Under the pieces are notes generated by a model that ran no database searches, was not told the DNA's origin, and saw nothing but the letters and a program-made list of their open reading frames with translations. A program made the translations under genes and the position numbers. From Octopus bimaculoides (taxonomy: Eukaryota), in NCBI RefSeq assembly GCF_001194135.2, contig NC_068994.1, positions 16,930,416 through 16,994,415 of the forward strand: a DNA stretch of 64,000 nt. Direction: 5' to 3'. Below are positions 54,560 through 60,785 of the stretch, piece after piece. Positions within the stretch are counted from its first letter, which is position 1; each line of letters opens with the position of its first letter.

Positions 54560-57207
54560 ACGTGCATATGTGCATGTCTGTGTATAATACATGCACACAC
54601 GCATTTTAGGGAATTGGAAAAATGTATTAGAAAAACTTTAACATGGAAGATAAAACCTTTGCAAATAAGTTTAATATAGATAAAAGAACTGAAGTCTGGC
54701 CAAAAAGGAAGCATTTATTTCTCTGAAGGATCATAAACCTGACTTTCACAATTGACCAAAGTGTATGCTAATTAACCTGACTAAGACTGAAGATAGTTTA
54801 GCAAGTAAAAAATTTTAAGAAACCTTAACAGTAAAATTAAGGAATTGTCAAATCTGTTGATATGGATTAACAGTTTCTCAATGATATCTTGGTTCAAATC
54901 CATCTGCAATAAAAATAAAGTGAAATTCACACAGTTTGATATTGTGCATTTCTATCCATCAATATCTGAAAAGCTCCTACGTAATGTATTAGAATTTGTA
55001 CATTCATTTATAATCATAGATGAGCAAGAAATACAGCTCATTAAACATATAAAACATTGTTATTCAATAATGGATTGTTTTGGATCAAAAAAGGTAATCA
55101 AAATGAATTATTTGATGTCTCAATGGGTTCATATGAAGGCATGGATATATGTTATTTAGTTGGTTTATATTAAACCATCTTAATTTGAAACTTCATGGTC
55201 ATAGCATCAGTATATACTGTGACGATGCTTTAGCAGTATCACACAGTTGTGATGGTCGTACTATGGATTCCTTTAGAAAGCAATTAATTTCTACCTTCAA
55301 CTCTTTAGGGCTTAAAATATCTTGCTAAAACTGACTTTTTAGATGTTTCCTTAGATCTTAAAACTAATTCATATAGCCCTTCCACAAACCTAACGAGAAC
55401 CTTAAATATATTAATAAACACTCCTGTCACCCACCTATTTTATTTCAGAACTTAATTCTAAAAATTAGCTGTAGGATCATATGCCTTTCTTCTTCTCAAG
55501 AAATATTCAAAAAGACTACCCCATATTATTATAATAAGGCCCTACAGGATAGCAGCTTTACTGATAAAATCTTCTTCACCTGCCTCCTCTGTCATCTAGT
55601 AGTAAGAATAGGTCTTGGAAAGTTTTATGGTTTGCCCTCACCCCATCCCCACGCTGCCTTCTCCCTTAATGTCAGCATAAATGTAGGTAGAAGATTCTTG
55701 CACTTAGCAGATACCCACTTCCCTAGAACCCATAGATACAATAAAATCTTTAATAGACACACAATAAAAGTTGCCTTTTCTTCTCATCATCATCGTTTAA
55801 CGTCCGCTTTCCATGCTAGCATGGGTTGGACGATTTGACTGAGGACTGGTGAAACCAGATGGCTACACCAGGCTCCAATCTGATTTGGCAGAGTTTCTAC
55901 AGCTGGATGCCCTTCCTAACGCCAACCACTCCGAGAGTGTAGTGGGTGCTTTTACGTGCCACCGGCACGAAGGCCAGTCAGGCGGTACTGGCAACGGCCA
56001 CGCTCAAAATGGTGTATTTTATGTGCCACCCGCACAAGTTAAATTGTATATCAATAAGCAACAGACAACTTAAGTCTGCCCCTGATGCGCATGTAGAGAC
56101 AAATCTAAATGTCCTCTAGGACAGGAGTGCGATATATCTTCCATTGTTTATGAAGCACAGGTTTCAGCAAACTACAACAATGGTCATACAAATATCAAAC
56201 GTTATATTGAAACTATGGAAGGAAGATTTAAATCTAGATATAACAACCATCTTTTAAATTTTAGATACCGTGATAAGAGACATTCAACAACCCTTTCAGC
56301 TTTAATCTGGAAACTTAAAGATAAAGAGACCAATTTTGATACCAAATGAAAAACCCCCTCTAGATCCAGACTCTATATTAATGGGTCTAGAAAAATGTTC
56401 AGTGTGTTCACTTGAAAAACTGTATCTATTAAAATACTTTAGAACCTTCAGTGAATACATAAATTCAAGGAACAAGATATTTTCTTTATGTCCACATTTC
56501 AGAAAATACATCTTGTCGGGATTTAAAAGTAGACTACCAGACACTTAGTAAACCATTAACATCTGGTTTACGTCTGCTTGACATTGAATTATTGTAATGT
56601 TTGTTACTTTTACATACCCTCATTTCTCTCTCATTGAAATTCTCTTTTTACTCTCCAACCGTTTTTCTCTTTTCACTACTCTCCTCCTCTCTGTCTCTAC
56701 TTTCAAAAACCTTTTCCTCTTTCTTCTTGTCCTTCTGTTCCCTATATCTTTTTTTCCTCTACTCCCCACTCTCTCTCTCACACCATACCAACATAGAAAG
56801 ATGGACGTTAAAAAGAAGTAAATAAAAATAGTGTTTTTGCTTCATCTTTTCTCTCCAAATTTCAGGACATACCGATGCCGCTAGTTGGACCAAATGAAGA
56901 AGAATGGACAGACGAAGAAGTGAAAATGATGAAAGAATACGAGCGGAAAGTGAAAGAATTAAATGAAGAAAGGGAGAAATATCGCAAAGTAGGTCTATTC
57001 TTAGTTCTTTAGTTCTTTAGTTAGCTATTGCTGTCATGGTCATGCTGGAGTATTGCCTTCTAATATTTAAACCCTGCATATATCAAGAGAGCATCATCAA
57101 AACCTTTGCCACATGATCATAAACAGCTTGCAACTAGAAGCATCTTGATAACTTGAAATGCTAGACCTCAGCATTACTGGGGATCTAGCCTTGCGTGTGT
57201 GCATCCT

Positions 57208-57246
<39 letters not shown>

Positions 57247-59985
57247 NNNNNNNNNNNNNNNNNNNNNNNNNNNNNNNNNNNNNNNNNNNNNNNNNNNNNN
57301 NNNNNNNNNNNNNNNNNNNNNNNNNNNNNNNNNNNNNNNNNNNNNNNNNNNNNNNNNNNNNNNNNNNNNNNNNNNNNNNNNNNNNNNNNNNNNNNNNNNN
57401 NNNNNNNNNNNNNNNNNNNNNNNNNNNNNNNNNNNNNNNNNNNNNNNNNNNNNNNNNNNNNNNNNNNNNNNNNNNNNNNNNNNNNNNNNNNNNNNNNNNN
57501 NNNNNNNNNNNNNNNNNNNNNNNNNNNNNNNNNNNNNNNNNNNNNNNNNNNNNNNNNNNNNNNNNNNNNNNNNNNNNNNNNNNNNNNNNNNNNNNNNNNN
57601 NNNNNNNNNNNNNNNNNNNNNNNNNNNNNNNNNNNNNNNNNNNNNNNNNNNNNNNNNNNNNNNNNNNNNNNNNNNNNNNNNNNNNNNNNNNNNNNNNNNN
57701 NNNNNNNNNNNNNNNNNNNNNNNNNNNNNNNNNNNNNNNNNNNNNNNNNNNNNNNNNNNNNNNNNNNNNNNNNNNNNNNNNNNNNNNNNNNNNNNNATTA
57801 TAAACAAGGGCAAAAGAAAAAAGATTTCTATGCCAATATGCTGAGAATAGACTTTAAATCGTCAATCACCACATATAATATACATTCACTATGAATACAC
57901 GTCGTGCTGAAATCGAGGAAGGCAAGCTAATAGAATTTTTTTTTAAGTTCTTTATCTCTATATTGAATCAATTTCAGGATTAATCCAACAGATTTTTCCC
58001 TCTTCAGAAGAGAATACGATAAGAAATAAATGAAATACTTACAAGCACCCATGGAAAAAAAGCAGAAGCAAGAGTCATGAGTACACATAAGAACCCCGGT
58101 TATATCTAAATATATATAGTACATTGGCAATTTTTTTCTTATCTGCTTTCCCTCTGGCTATGTAAACCTGTCTCCTAGCTCCCCATCTGGTGATCTGATA
58201 CAATTCCCTGCTACCACCATTCTTCCAGTCCTTCAATGACTGTTTCTTTTCCCTAATGGCCCTGTTAACTACATTGTTCCACCACCAAGTTACCTTGGGT
58301 CGAGAGAGGACTTTGCACCATCCACAAATCTGATCAGTAGCCCTCAACAGGTTGTCCCATAGGAACCTCCAGTTATCCTCCATATCATGTGATGCTATAG
58401 CCTCCTCTATTTTGTTGAAAGCTTTGAGTAATATGTCTCTAAACCTCTTTTCATTCACAGGGTCCTTAAGCTTCCAGACCCTTCTTTTCCATGTTGGTCG
58501 TCTTCTGGGCATCCATTTAGCCCTGATCCTAAAGTTGCTAACTACTAATCTATGTTGCAGGGTGCATTCTTCATCTGGGAAGGTTCTGGCATTTATAAGT
58601 AGCCATCTTTCCCGTTTCCTGGCGAGGTTGTAGTCAATCTAACTAGTGTGTCCACCAGACTGGTAGGTGACTAGGTGACTGGCAGGTTTCCTGAAGTTAG
58701 TATTACAAACCATAAGATCATTTGCATCACAGAACTCCAGCAGCCTGGTTTCCTTCTCATTGTGGGAACCAAAACCATAGCCACCATGTATGCCATGGAA
58801 GCTTCCTGGATGTTGTACAACATGCCCATTGAAGTCGTCAGCCACAAAGAGAAAGTCCCTGTCATTCGTTGATGAGATAGTCTGCAAGAAGTTGTCATAA
58901 AATCAGTCTTTCTGTTGATCAGGTAGCCCTGTCTGAGGGGCATAGGCCGAGATAATGGTTACTAATCCATGTTGCAGCACTAATCTAAGCTTAAGTATTT
59001 TATCACAGACTCTGACTCCCTTGATTACCTTATCAACCCATTTCTCTGCAAGAAGTATACCCACACCCCCGACCTCATCAGTGTTCCCTACCCAGAAAAT
59101 CTTATACCTGTGTTCTTTGCCTGTGAGGAACCTAGCAGAATGTCCTCTCCACCTTACTTCTTGGATGCAGCACAAATCTACACGTCTCCATTCAAGCATC
59201 TCAACAATCTCACCAGACCTACCTTTCAGGGTTACATACAGAATCATCCAGATTTGTCTCATAGAGAGCAAGAACCTATGGAATGTTTGAATGAAGAAAG
59301 GATTGGATGAATGGAAAAATTTGTACAAAGACCTTGAACATTGCTGAAAGATACAGAAAAAACCACATTGTGCAGTTTAGGAGAATCTGGTTTAACAGAT
59401 TTTGATTAAATCAACATTGTTCATATAGGAAAAATGATGAAATGGTGAGACAAACTGAATCAGATCTCTTTTCTTGTGAGCTAATGATAGATGACTGACC
59501 TAGGTCTCCTCTGAACTTATTGCCATGATTAGGTGACGTTTACCTTTACACTTTCTTACATTTTTACCCAGGGTCTTGAGACTGAACTGAAGAAATTACG
59601 AGGGATCATTCAAGAAATAATGGTAGCTTTCGATGAATTGGTGAATGCATTATTTCAGAAACACACCCAGGTGTTAATGGCTGTCTATCAGGTGAGCTAA
59701 ACACTTTGCTTATTCTTCTTAATATTTTGGTAATTTATTTCAATGATTCTGAATATGGGACAGAAAATTGGTATGGTATGTTTTATCTTTTTCAGTCATT
59801 AGACTGTGGCCATGATGGGGCACTACCTTTGAGAATTTTTTTAGTCAAATGAATCCATTCTAGTACTTATTTTTTTAAAGCAAGATACTTATTCTGCCAA
59901 TCTCTTTTGCCAAACTGCCAAGTTACAGGGATGTAAACAAACCAGCACCAGTTATCAAGCAATAGTGGAGGACAAACACAGACAC

Positions 59986-60017
<32 letters not shown>

Positions 60018-60157
60018 TACGAGGGGCTTCTTTTCAGCTTCCGTCTACCAAATCCACTCACAAGGCTTTGGTTGACCTGAGGATATAATAGAAGACACTT
60101 GCCCAAGATGACATACTGTGGGACTGAACCTGGAACCATGTGGTTAGGAAGCAAGTT

Positions 60158-60191
<34 letters not shown>

Positions 60192-60785
60192 CTGCCTGCC
60201 TGTGTGCTTGCCTGCATGCCTACATGCATGCCTGCCTACCTTTCTGTCTGTTTGTTTGTCTGTATGTATTTATGTATGTAATTATGTATGCATGCATGCA
60301 TGTATGCAATTATGTATGTATGTATGTATGTATGTACATGTGTATAAATGGGCGTATGGATGGATGGATGGGCAGACATATAGTTAGACAGAGGATGGAT
60401 AGATGGCTGGATGGATGAAATAGTTGAATAAATGGATAAGATGGGATGGATGAATCGATTACTTTTTATGGCTTAGAGGAAAGGGAATGTCCTTGAAAGG
60501 GCTTGTCAGACTGGTAGCTGGTAGAAGAAAGCCATGGCCACAGTCTAATGACTGAAACGAGTAAAAGATAGAAGATAAAAGTTATCCTTTCAGTGTTCTT
60601 GGCTGATTCCCATCCTATAATCTCTAGTCTGAGGGAAAATGAATTCAGCAATAAATCTTCTCTTGCCATTTCAACAGGAAGAGCTGAAGCTTAACCGTAT
60701 CAAAATGAATTTGATGATGGAAGATGAATTTGCCATTTATGAAAAGCATCTGATTTGGGAAAGGAACAACATACGAAATTTTGTG
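1561..60785 (+). CDS. CFAP43: CFAP43/WDR96 internal portion (multi-exon span; gene extends beyond both window ends)
   Basis: 22 GT-AG exons (one tentative) join in frame with consistent phases, 2532 nt / ~844 aa. Peptides such as [62 protein letters not shown] and [17 protein letters not shown] match vertebrate CFAP43 as I recall it (no alignment run). Confidence 0.92.
1901..1988 (+). ncRNA. Type I hammerhead ribozyme-like motif with extended stem II
   Basis: ATCT-CTGAAGA(1905-1911)...GAAAC(1971-1975)-CAATTG-GTA(cut after 1984)-AGAT; stem I 4 bp, palindromic stem III ACCAATTGGT; base of stem II imperfect. Confidence 0.65.
2118..2153 (+). ncRNA. Minimal hammerhead-like motif (PLE type, CpG-decayed)
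   Basis: TCTT-CTGATGA-A-GGAC-TAAT-GTCT-GAAA-TGTT-GAGA; two CG>TG changes restore GTCC-GAAACGTT. Confidence 0.55.
2352..4600 (+). mobile_element. RTE-clade LINE, degenerate (APE endonuclease end, RT, Cys-rich region)
   Basis: [62 protein letters not shown]; stops, frameshifts and deletions. Confidence 0.93.
4730..5502 (+). mobile_element. SINE family BC with a nested inverted-repeat element
   Basis: Head 4730-4890, (CA)n, body to 5502, interrupted at 5041-5327. Confidence 0.8.
5099..5326. repeat. Inverted-repeat (MITE-like) element with ~65-bp arms
   Basis: GTAGTAAAGATTGTTTGCCAACATAACATGGCAGTCCTGGTTTAGGACT... at 5099-5162 and its reverse complement at 5260-5326. Confidence 0.85.
5541..5912 (-). 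mobile_element. SINE family BC
   Basis: Reverse-oriented head and body, tail-to-tail with 4730-5502. Confidence 0.8.
6094..6197 (+). CDS. CFAP43: CFAP43 exon (H)[34 protein letters not shown]
   Basis: cttcctccag acceptor, gtgagc donor, 104 nt, phase 2 to 1; resembles YDQQGIFLLVGT of vertebrate CFAP43. Confidence 0.88.
6316..6480. repeat. 18-bp minisatellite (AGTGGCGTCATCATCAGC)n, ~9 units
   Basis: Direct reading; units degrade toward the 3-prime end. Confidence 0.9.
6965..7500 (-). mobile_element. Tc1/mariner (maT/DD37D-like) transposase remnant
   Basis: [17 protein letters not shown]; [11 protein letters not shown]. Confidence 0.8.
7620..7941 (+). mobile_element. Penelope-like element GIY-YIG remnant
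   Basis: KRQPKSL..., YIGQTGNSL at 7718-7744, [17 protein letters not shown]; multiple stops. Confidence 0.65.
8341..8609. repeat. 72-bp perfect direct repeat (8341-8412 and 8538-8609)
   Basis: TGACAGCTCCCCAGCTAAAAC...CATTTATCAGAT occurs twice. Confidence 0.9.
9043..9186 (+). CDS. CFAP43: CFAP43 exon (E)[47 protein letters not shown]
   Basis: ctttatag acceptor, gtaagt donor, 144 nt, phase 1 to 1. Confidence 0.8.
9340..9550. mobile_element. piggyBac-like MITE
   Basis: TTAG-CCCTTTAACATT...AATGCTAAAAAG-TTAA. Confidence 0.7.
10090..12200 (-). mobile_element. Old RTE/BovB-like LINE remnant
   Basis: Minus-strand fragments NINILGL and [12 protein letters not shown] (APE, cf. ILMGDFNARVG), [26 protein letters not shown] (RT); heavily decayed. 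Confidence 0.7.
12240..12700 (-). mobile_element. RTE-like LINE 3-prime remnant
   Basis: Minus-strand [21 protein letters not shown]...RRG resembles the RTE C-terminal RL-GHC-RHPE...LW-P...RGRP. Confidence 0.5.
12849..12971. repeat. AT-rich fold-back
   Basis: TTTCTAAGTTTATCTATAGATTTTCTATAGGATTTA pairs with 12934-12971; inner CTGAAAATTACA/TGTAACTTTCAG. Confidence 0.85.
13064..13500 (+). mobile_element. SINE family BC
   Basis: Head, (TA/CATA/TG)n, body ending 30 nt before the 13531 exon. Other pieces: 14398-14550(+), 14935-15075(+), 15510-15660(-), 20180-20310(-), 22975-23180(+), 30302-30466(+), 38795-38940(-), 39935-40065(-), 53070-53125(+), 60525-60580(+). Confidence 0.8.
13531..13712 (+). 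CDS. CFAP43: CFAP43 exon (T)[60 protein letters not shown]
   Basis: catttcag acceptor, gtatat donor, 182 nt, phase 1 to 0; needed to keep the frame between flanking exons. Confidence 0.75.
13845..13930. mobile_element. pogo/Tc2-like MITE end
   Basis: AAAATAAGCC...GGTCTTATTTTCAGGGAACGCAGTA resembles widespread MITE termini. Confidence 0.55.
14818..14878 (+). ncRNA. Type I hammerhead-like motif inside a fold-back
   Basis: GGGAT-CTGATGA(14823-29), stem II CCACAAAGC/GCTTTGTGG, GAAAC(14861-65)-CAAAG-GTA(cut after 14873)-ATCCT. Confidence 0.6.
15772..15912 (+). CDS. CFAP43: CFAP43 exon [47 protein letters not shown]
   Basis: ttttatag(cag) tandem acceptor, gtaaat donor, 141 nt; WD40-like W-LL-AA-DG-I. 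Confidence 0.87.
16940..17420 (+). mobile_element. Family D: probable RTE-related 3-prime UTR with (GAT)n tail
   Basis: GGCGTTAGGAAGGGCATCCAGCTGTAGAAAC...CATGGAAAGCGGACGTTAAA(TGA)n. Other copies: ~16505-16740(-), 20385-20480(-), 33148-33300(+), 40680-40900(-), 41895-42058(+), 54285-54515(+), 55786-56040(-), 61716-61855(+), 62130-62335(+); all end at the tail with variable 5-prime truncation. Confidence 0.7.
17591..17872 (+). CDS. CFAP43: CFAP43 exon [43 protein letters not shown]...LPSQEAG
   Basis: tttcaacag acceptor, gtgagt donor, 282 nt, phase 0 to 0; last WD40 repeat (SWD...DGT). Confidence 0.85.
17905..18400 (-). mobile_element. RTE-clade LINE 3-prime fragment
   Basis: [19 protein letters not shown]...[12 protein letters not shown]...[12 protein letters not shown]. 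Confidence 0.85.
18720..19375 (-). mobile_element. mariner transposase remnant, internally deleted
   Basis: [20 protein letters not shown]...DDEQSGRP; TIR-like TATGAGGTGGTATCAAAAAGTT at the right end. Confidence 0.85.
19643..19696 (+). CDS. CFAP43: CFAP43 exon [18 protein letters not shown]
   Basis: catgcag acceptor after a pyrimidine tract, gtaagt donor, 54 nt; Trp placed as in vertebrate IPWIQQK. Confidence 0.82.
20480..20875 (-). mobile_element. Penelope-like element (Penelope/Poseidon-type) thumb-linker fragment
   Basis: YVKRGY...[12 protein letters not shown]...[23 protein letters not shown]. Confidence 0.8.
21198..21275 (+). CDS. CFAP43: CFAP43 exon [26 protein letters not shown]
   Basis: ttctgcag acceptor, gtaaat donor, 78 nt, coiled coil. 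Confidence 0.88.
21440..21585 (-). mobile_element. RTE LINE 3-prime remnant
   Basis: [31 protein letters not shown] resembles RTE termini. Confidence 0.55.
21585..21790 (-). mobile_element. SINE family BC body
   Basis: Reverse complement of 22590-22812. Confidence 0.8.
21883..22559. other. Assembly gap (N-run)
   Basis: Other gaps: 14632-14641, 29506-30097, 30506-30884, 37749-38012, 43581-43642, 47728-47737, 57247-57796, 60901-61690; most are flanked by (TA)n or (CA)n. Confidence 1.
22590..22812 (+). mobile_element. SINE family BC body
   Basis: CTTGACAACCGATGCTGGTGTGTTTACGTCCC...GGCCACAGTCAAATGACTGAAACAAGTAAAAGAG. Confidence 0.8.
23316..23441 (+). CDS. CFAP43: CFAP43 exon [42 protein letters not shown]
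   Basis: tttttag acceptor, gtaagt donor, 126 nt; conserved KL-Q-EF-LD-EE. Confidence 0.93.
23455..24050. repeat. Compound trinucleotide microsatellite (GTC/CAT/CCT/CTA/CAC/GAT/GAC)
   Basis: Fills almost the whole 670-nt intron 23442-24111. Confidence 0.95.
24112..24216 (+). CDS. CFAP43: CFAP43 exon [35 protein letters not shown]
   Basis: ttttctag acceptor, gtaata donor, 105 nt; conserved IKEEC---M-VKGR-LK. Confidence 0.93.
24271..24651 (+). mobile_element. tRNA-derived SINE family E, young copy
   Basis: A box TGGCCTAGTGG, B box GTTTCGATTCC; 11-bp TSD ACAGTTAGCAG (24260-70 / 24652-62). Confidence 0.9.
24860..25380 (+). mobile_element. RTE/BovB-like LINE 3-prime end with C2H2-like finger
   Basis: [25 protein letters not shown]; [20 protein letters not shown]. 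Confidence 0.88.
25727..26100 (-). mobile_element. mariner remnant (3-prime end with TIR)
   Basis: TACACGATGGTATCAAGAAGTTCC terminus; shares sequence with 18720-18900. Confidence 0.7.
26813..26929 (+). CDS. CFAP43: CFAP43 exon [39 protein letters not shown]
   Basis: ttctttag acceptor, gtttgt donor, 117 nt; conserved F-IP--VENFP. Confidence 0.9.
27216..27425. mobile_element. mariner-derived MITE
   Basis: TACGAGGAGGCACCGAAAAGTTCCTGGCTTT ... AAAGCCAGGAACCTTTCAG; second copy at 52359-52578. Confidence 0.8.
27645..27850 (-). mobile_element. tRNA-derived SINE family F with 19-bp TSD
   Basis: GTTCCGAGTTCAAATTCTGCC B-box region; TSD TTAGAAGGAAATTAATATT at 27626-44 and 27851-69. Confidence 0.85.
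28897..28947 (+). CDS. CFAP43: CFAP43 short exon [17 protein letters not shown]
   Basis: long pyrimidine tract then tcatag, gtaagt donor, 51 nt, phase 0. Confidence 0.78.
30169..30208 (+). ncRNA. 40-nt minimal type I hammerhead-like motif
   Basis: TAAAC-CTGATGA-T-TGCA-TAA-TGCA-T-GAAA-GTAC-TA-GTTTA; perfect 5-bp stem I, palindromic stem III AGTACT, U.U at 10.1/11.1. Confidence 0.62.
31139..31177 (+). CDS. CFAP43: Probable CFAP43 microexon [13 protein letters not shown]
   Basis: gcttccag acceptor, weak GAG/gtgaag donor, 39 nt, phase 0, no stop; no recognisable homology. Confidence 0.55.
31546..32404 (-). mobile_element. Tc1/mariner deletion derivative with ~34-bp TIRs
   Basis: CAAGGTGGATGAAAAATAAATAGGCATTAGAAAT versus CAGGGTGGGTGGAAAGTAACTAGGCATTAGAAAT (reverse complement); HTH-like transposase remnant. 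Confidence 0.78.
32590..33402. repeat. ~120-bp identical direct duplication (32590-32712 and 33280-33402)
   Basis: (GAT)nATGTGCAGATTCGTATG...CTTCTGGAAATA occurs twice; diverged inverted relative at ~16230-16330. Confidence 0.85.
34290..34670 (-). repeat. Unclassified interspersed repeat
   Basis: GC-richer non-coding block resembling a repeat I associate with octopus sequence; only one copy here, so weakly supported. Confidence 0.35.
35000..35450 (-). repeat. AT-rich interspersed repeat, possibly PLE-derived
   Basis: Homologous to 47690-47945 and (inverted) 44290-44410; carries CTGAAGA...GAAA on the minus strand. Confidence 0.6.
35682..35723 (+). CDS. CFAP43: Probable CFAP43 microexon [14 protein letters not shown]
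   Basis: tgtcttag acceptor, CTG/gtatgt donor, 42 nt, phase 0; acidic like the vertebrate linker. Confidence 0.62.
36745..38072 (-). mobile_element. mariner (Mos1/Hsmar-like) element, ~1.3 kb, spanning a gap
   Basis: [15 protein letters not shown] (WVPHEL), [19 protein letters not shown] (YSPDLAP); TIR TATTGGGTTGGCAACTAAGTTCCCGCC. Confidence 0.93.
40300..40680 (-). mobile_element. RTE-like LINE 3-prime remnant
   Basis: Minus-strand C-terminal RTE-like sequence ending near a (GAT)n tract. Confidence 0.5.
41100..41880. repeat. Purine-rich degenerate simple-sequence region with (GA)n
   Basis: Strong G+A strand skew; its minus-strand ORFs are low-complexity. Confidence 0.7.
42105..42660 (-). 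mobile_element. RTE LINE 3-prime fragment (same family as 48342-50048)
   Basis: Reverse complement parallels the end of the 48-50 kb copy (MLHGS...RGRP-K-WD-VVK-DL region). Confidence 0.7.
44833..45218 (+). mobile_element. tRNA-derived SINE family E, young copy
   Basis: Near-identical to 24271-24651; (CAA)n tail; 13-bp TSD ATGCAGAACATCA (44820-32 / 45219-31); older relatives at ~26200-26500 and ~36455-36730, heads at ~280-357 (-) and 18685-18720. Confidence 0.9.
45989..46027 (+). CDS. CFAP43: Candidate CFAP43 microexon [13 protein letters not shown]
   Basis: tttaaacag acceptor, AAG/gtctgc donor, 39 nt, phase 0, unique sequence among repeats; EDKT echoes vertebrate EEDKT. Confidence 0.45.
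47385..47615. repeat. ~230-bp fold-back with tRNA-like centre
   Basis: Arms 47385-47478 and 47521-47615; A box TAGCTTAATGG at 47491, B box GGTTCAAGTCC at 47534. Confidence 0.85.
48342..50048 (+). mobile_element. RTE-clade LINE, 5-prime truncated (RT, Cys-rich region, C-terminus)
   Basis: [54 protein letters not shown]; nonsense codons present. Confidence 0.95.
51203..51260 (+). CDS. CFAP43: CFAP43 exon [19 protein letters not shown](G)
   Basis: tactaaag acceptor, gtaagt donor, 58 nt, phase 0 to 1, matching the next exon. Confidence 0.83.
51296..51368. repeat. (TAC)n(TAA)n microsatellite
   Basis: Direct reading; many further (TA)n, (CA)n, (TATG)n, (CTAT)n and (GA)n tracts occur throughout. 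Confidence 0.95.
51372..51575 (+). mobile_element. SINE family F
   Basis: GAGCTGGTAGAATCGTTAAC...GTTCTGAGTTCAAATTC...CCTTG. Other copies: ~1085-1270(-), 19715-19935(-), 33775-34010(+), 34680-34900(-), 39550-39905(+), 40078-40225(+), 45330-45680(+), 51990-52205(+), 53582-53790(+). Confidence 0.82.
51596..51972 (+). mobile_element. Helentron/DINE-1-like non-autonomous element
   Basis: 5-prime CCCCCACCTT-AGTG-AAGGCAGAGG, GTTT/GTCT tract, 3-prime CCTTGGTGGAGG plus GCACTC-TCT-GGGTGC hairpin, TT flanks. Confidence 0.6.
52233..52324 (+). CDS. CFAP43: CFAP43 exon (G)[30 protein letters not shown]
   Basis: cttctccag acceptor, weak gttatt donor, 92 nt; conserved QLELHSR--KI-QIILL. Confidence 0.92.
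52359..52578. mobile_element. mariner-derived MITE with TA termini
   Basis: TATGAGGAGGTGCTGCAAAGTTCCTGG ... CCAGGAGGTTTTCAGCACCCCCCATA; homologous to 27216-27425. Confidence 0.82.
53267..53473 (+). CDS. CFAP43: CFAP43 exon [35 protein letters not shown]...[13 protein letters not shown]
   Basis: ttcccag acceptor, gtaagt donor, 207 nt; strongly conserved. Confidence 0.95.
53913..54083 (+). CDS. CFAP43: CFAP43 exon [19 protein letters not shown]...[21 protein letters not shown]
   Basis: ttttgcag acceptor, gtgact donor, 171 nt; [12 protein letters not shown] signature. Confidence 0.95.
54640..56560 (+). mobile_element. Naiad-type Penelope-like element, decayed (RT + GIY-YIG)
   Basis: WFKSI...[22 protein letters not shown] (55111-55140), YCDD (55215-26), [35 protein letters not shown]; interrupted at 55786-56040. 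Confidence 0.9.
55786..56040 (-). mobile_element. Family D copy inserted in the Naiad PLE
   Basis: Splits the PLE linker between ...IKVAFSS and LNCISISN. Confidence 0.8.
56866..56988 (+). CDS. CFAP43: CFAP43 exon [41 protein letters not shown]
   Basis: atttcag acceptor, gtaggt donor, 123 nt. Confidence 0.95.
58128..59230 (-). mobile_element. RTE-clade LINE 5-prime/APE endonuclease fragment
   Basis: [39 protein letters not shown]; homologous to 2352-3200. Confidence 0.92.
59572..59691 (+). CDS. CFAP43: CFAP43 exon [40 protein letters not shown]
   Basis: ttttacccag acceptor, gtgagc donor, 120 nt. Confidence 0.93.
59785..60160 (-). mobile_element. SINE family BC
   Basis: Complete reverse-oriented body, (CA)n and head. 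Confidence 0.8.
60678..60785 (+). CDS. CFAP43: CFAP43 exon [36 protein letters not shown]
   Basis: tttcaacag acceptor, gtaatg donor, 108 nt; EELK continues the Q of the previous exon as in vertebrate QEELKI. Confidence 0.9.

Noticed and set aside
55826-55860. CTGAGGA-CTGGT-GAAAC in family D copies, resembling a hammerhead core
   Set aside because: Only 5 nt between the core halves, so no stem II; it is instead a CTGGT-GAA-ACCAG hairpin.
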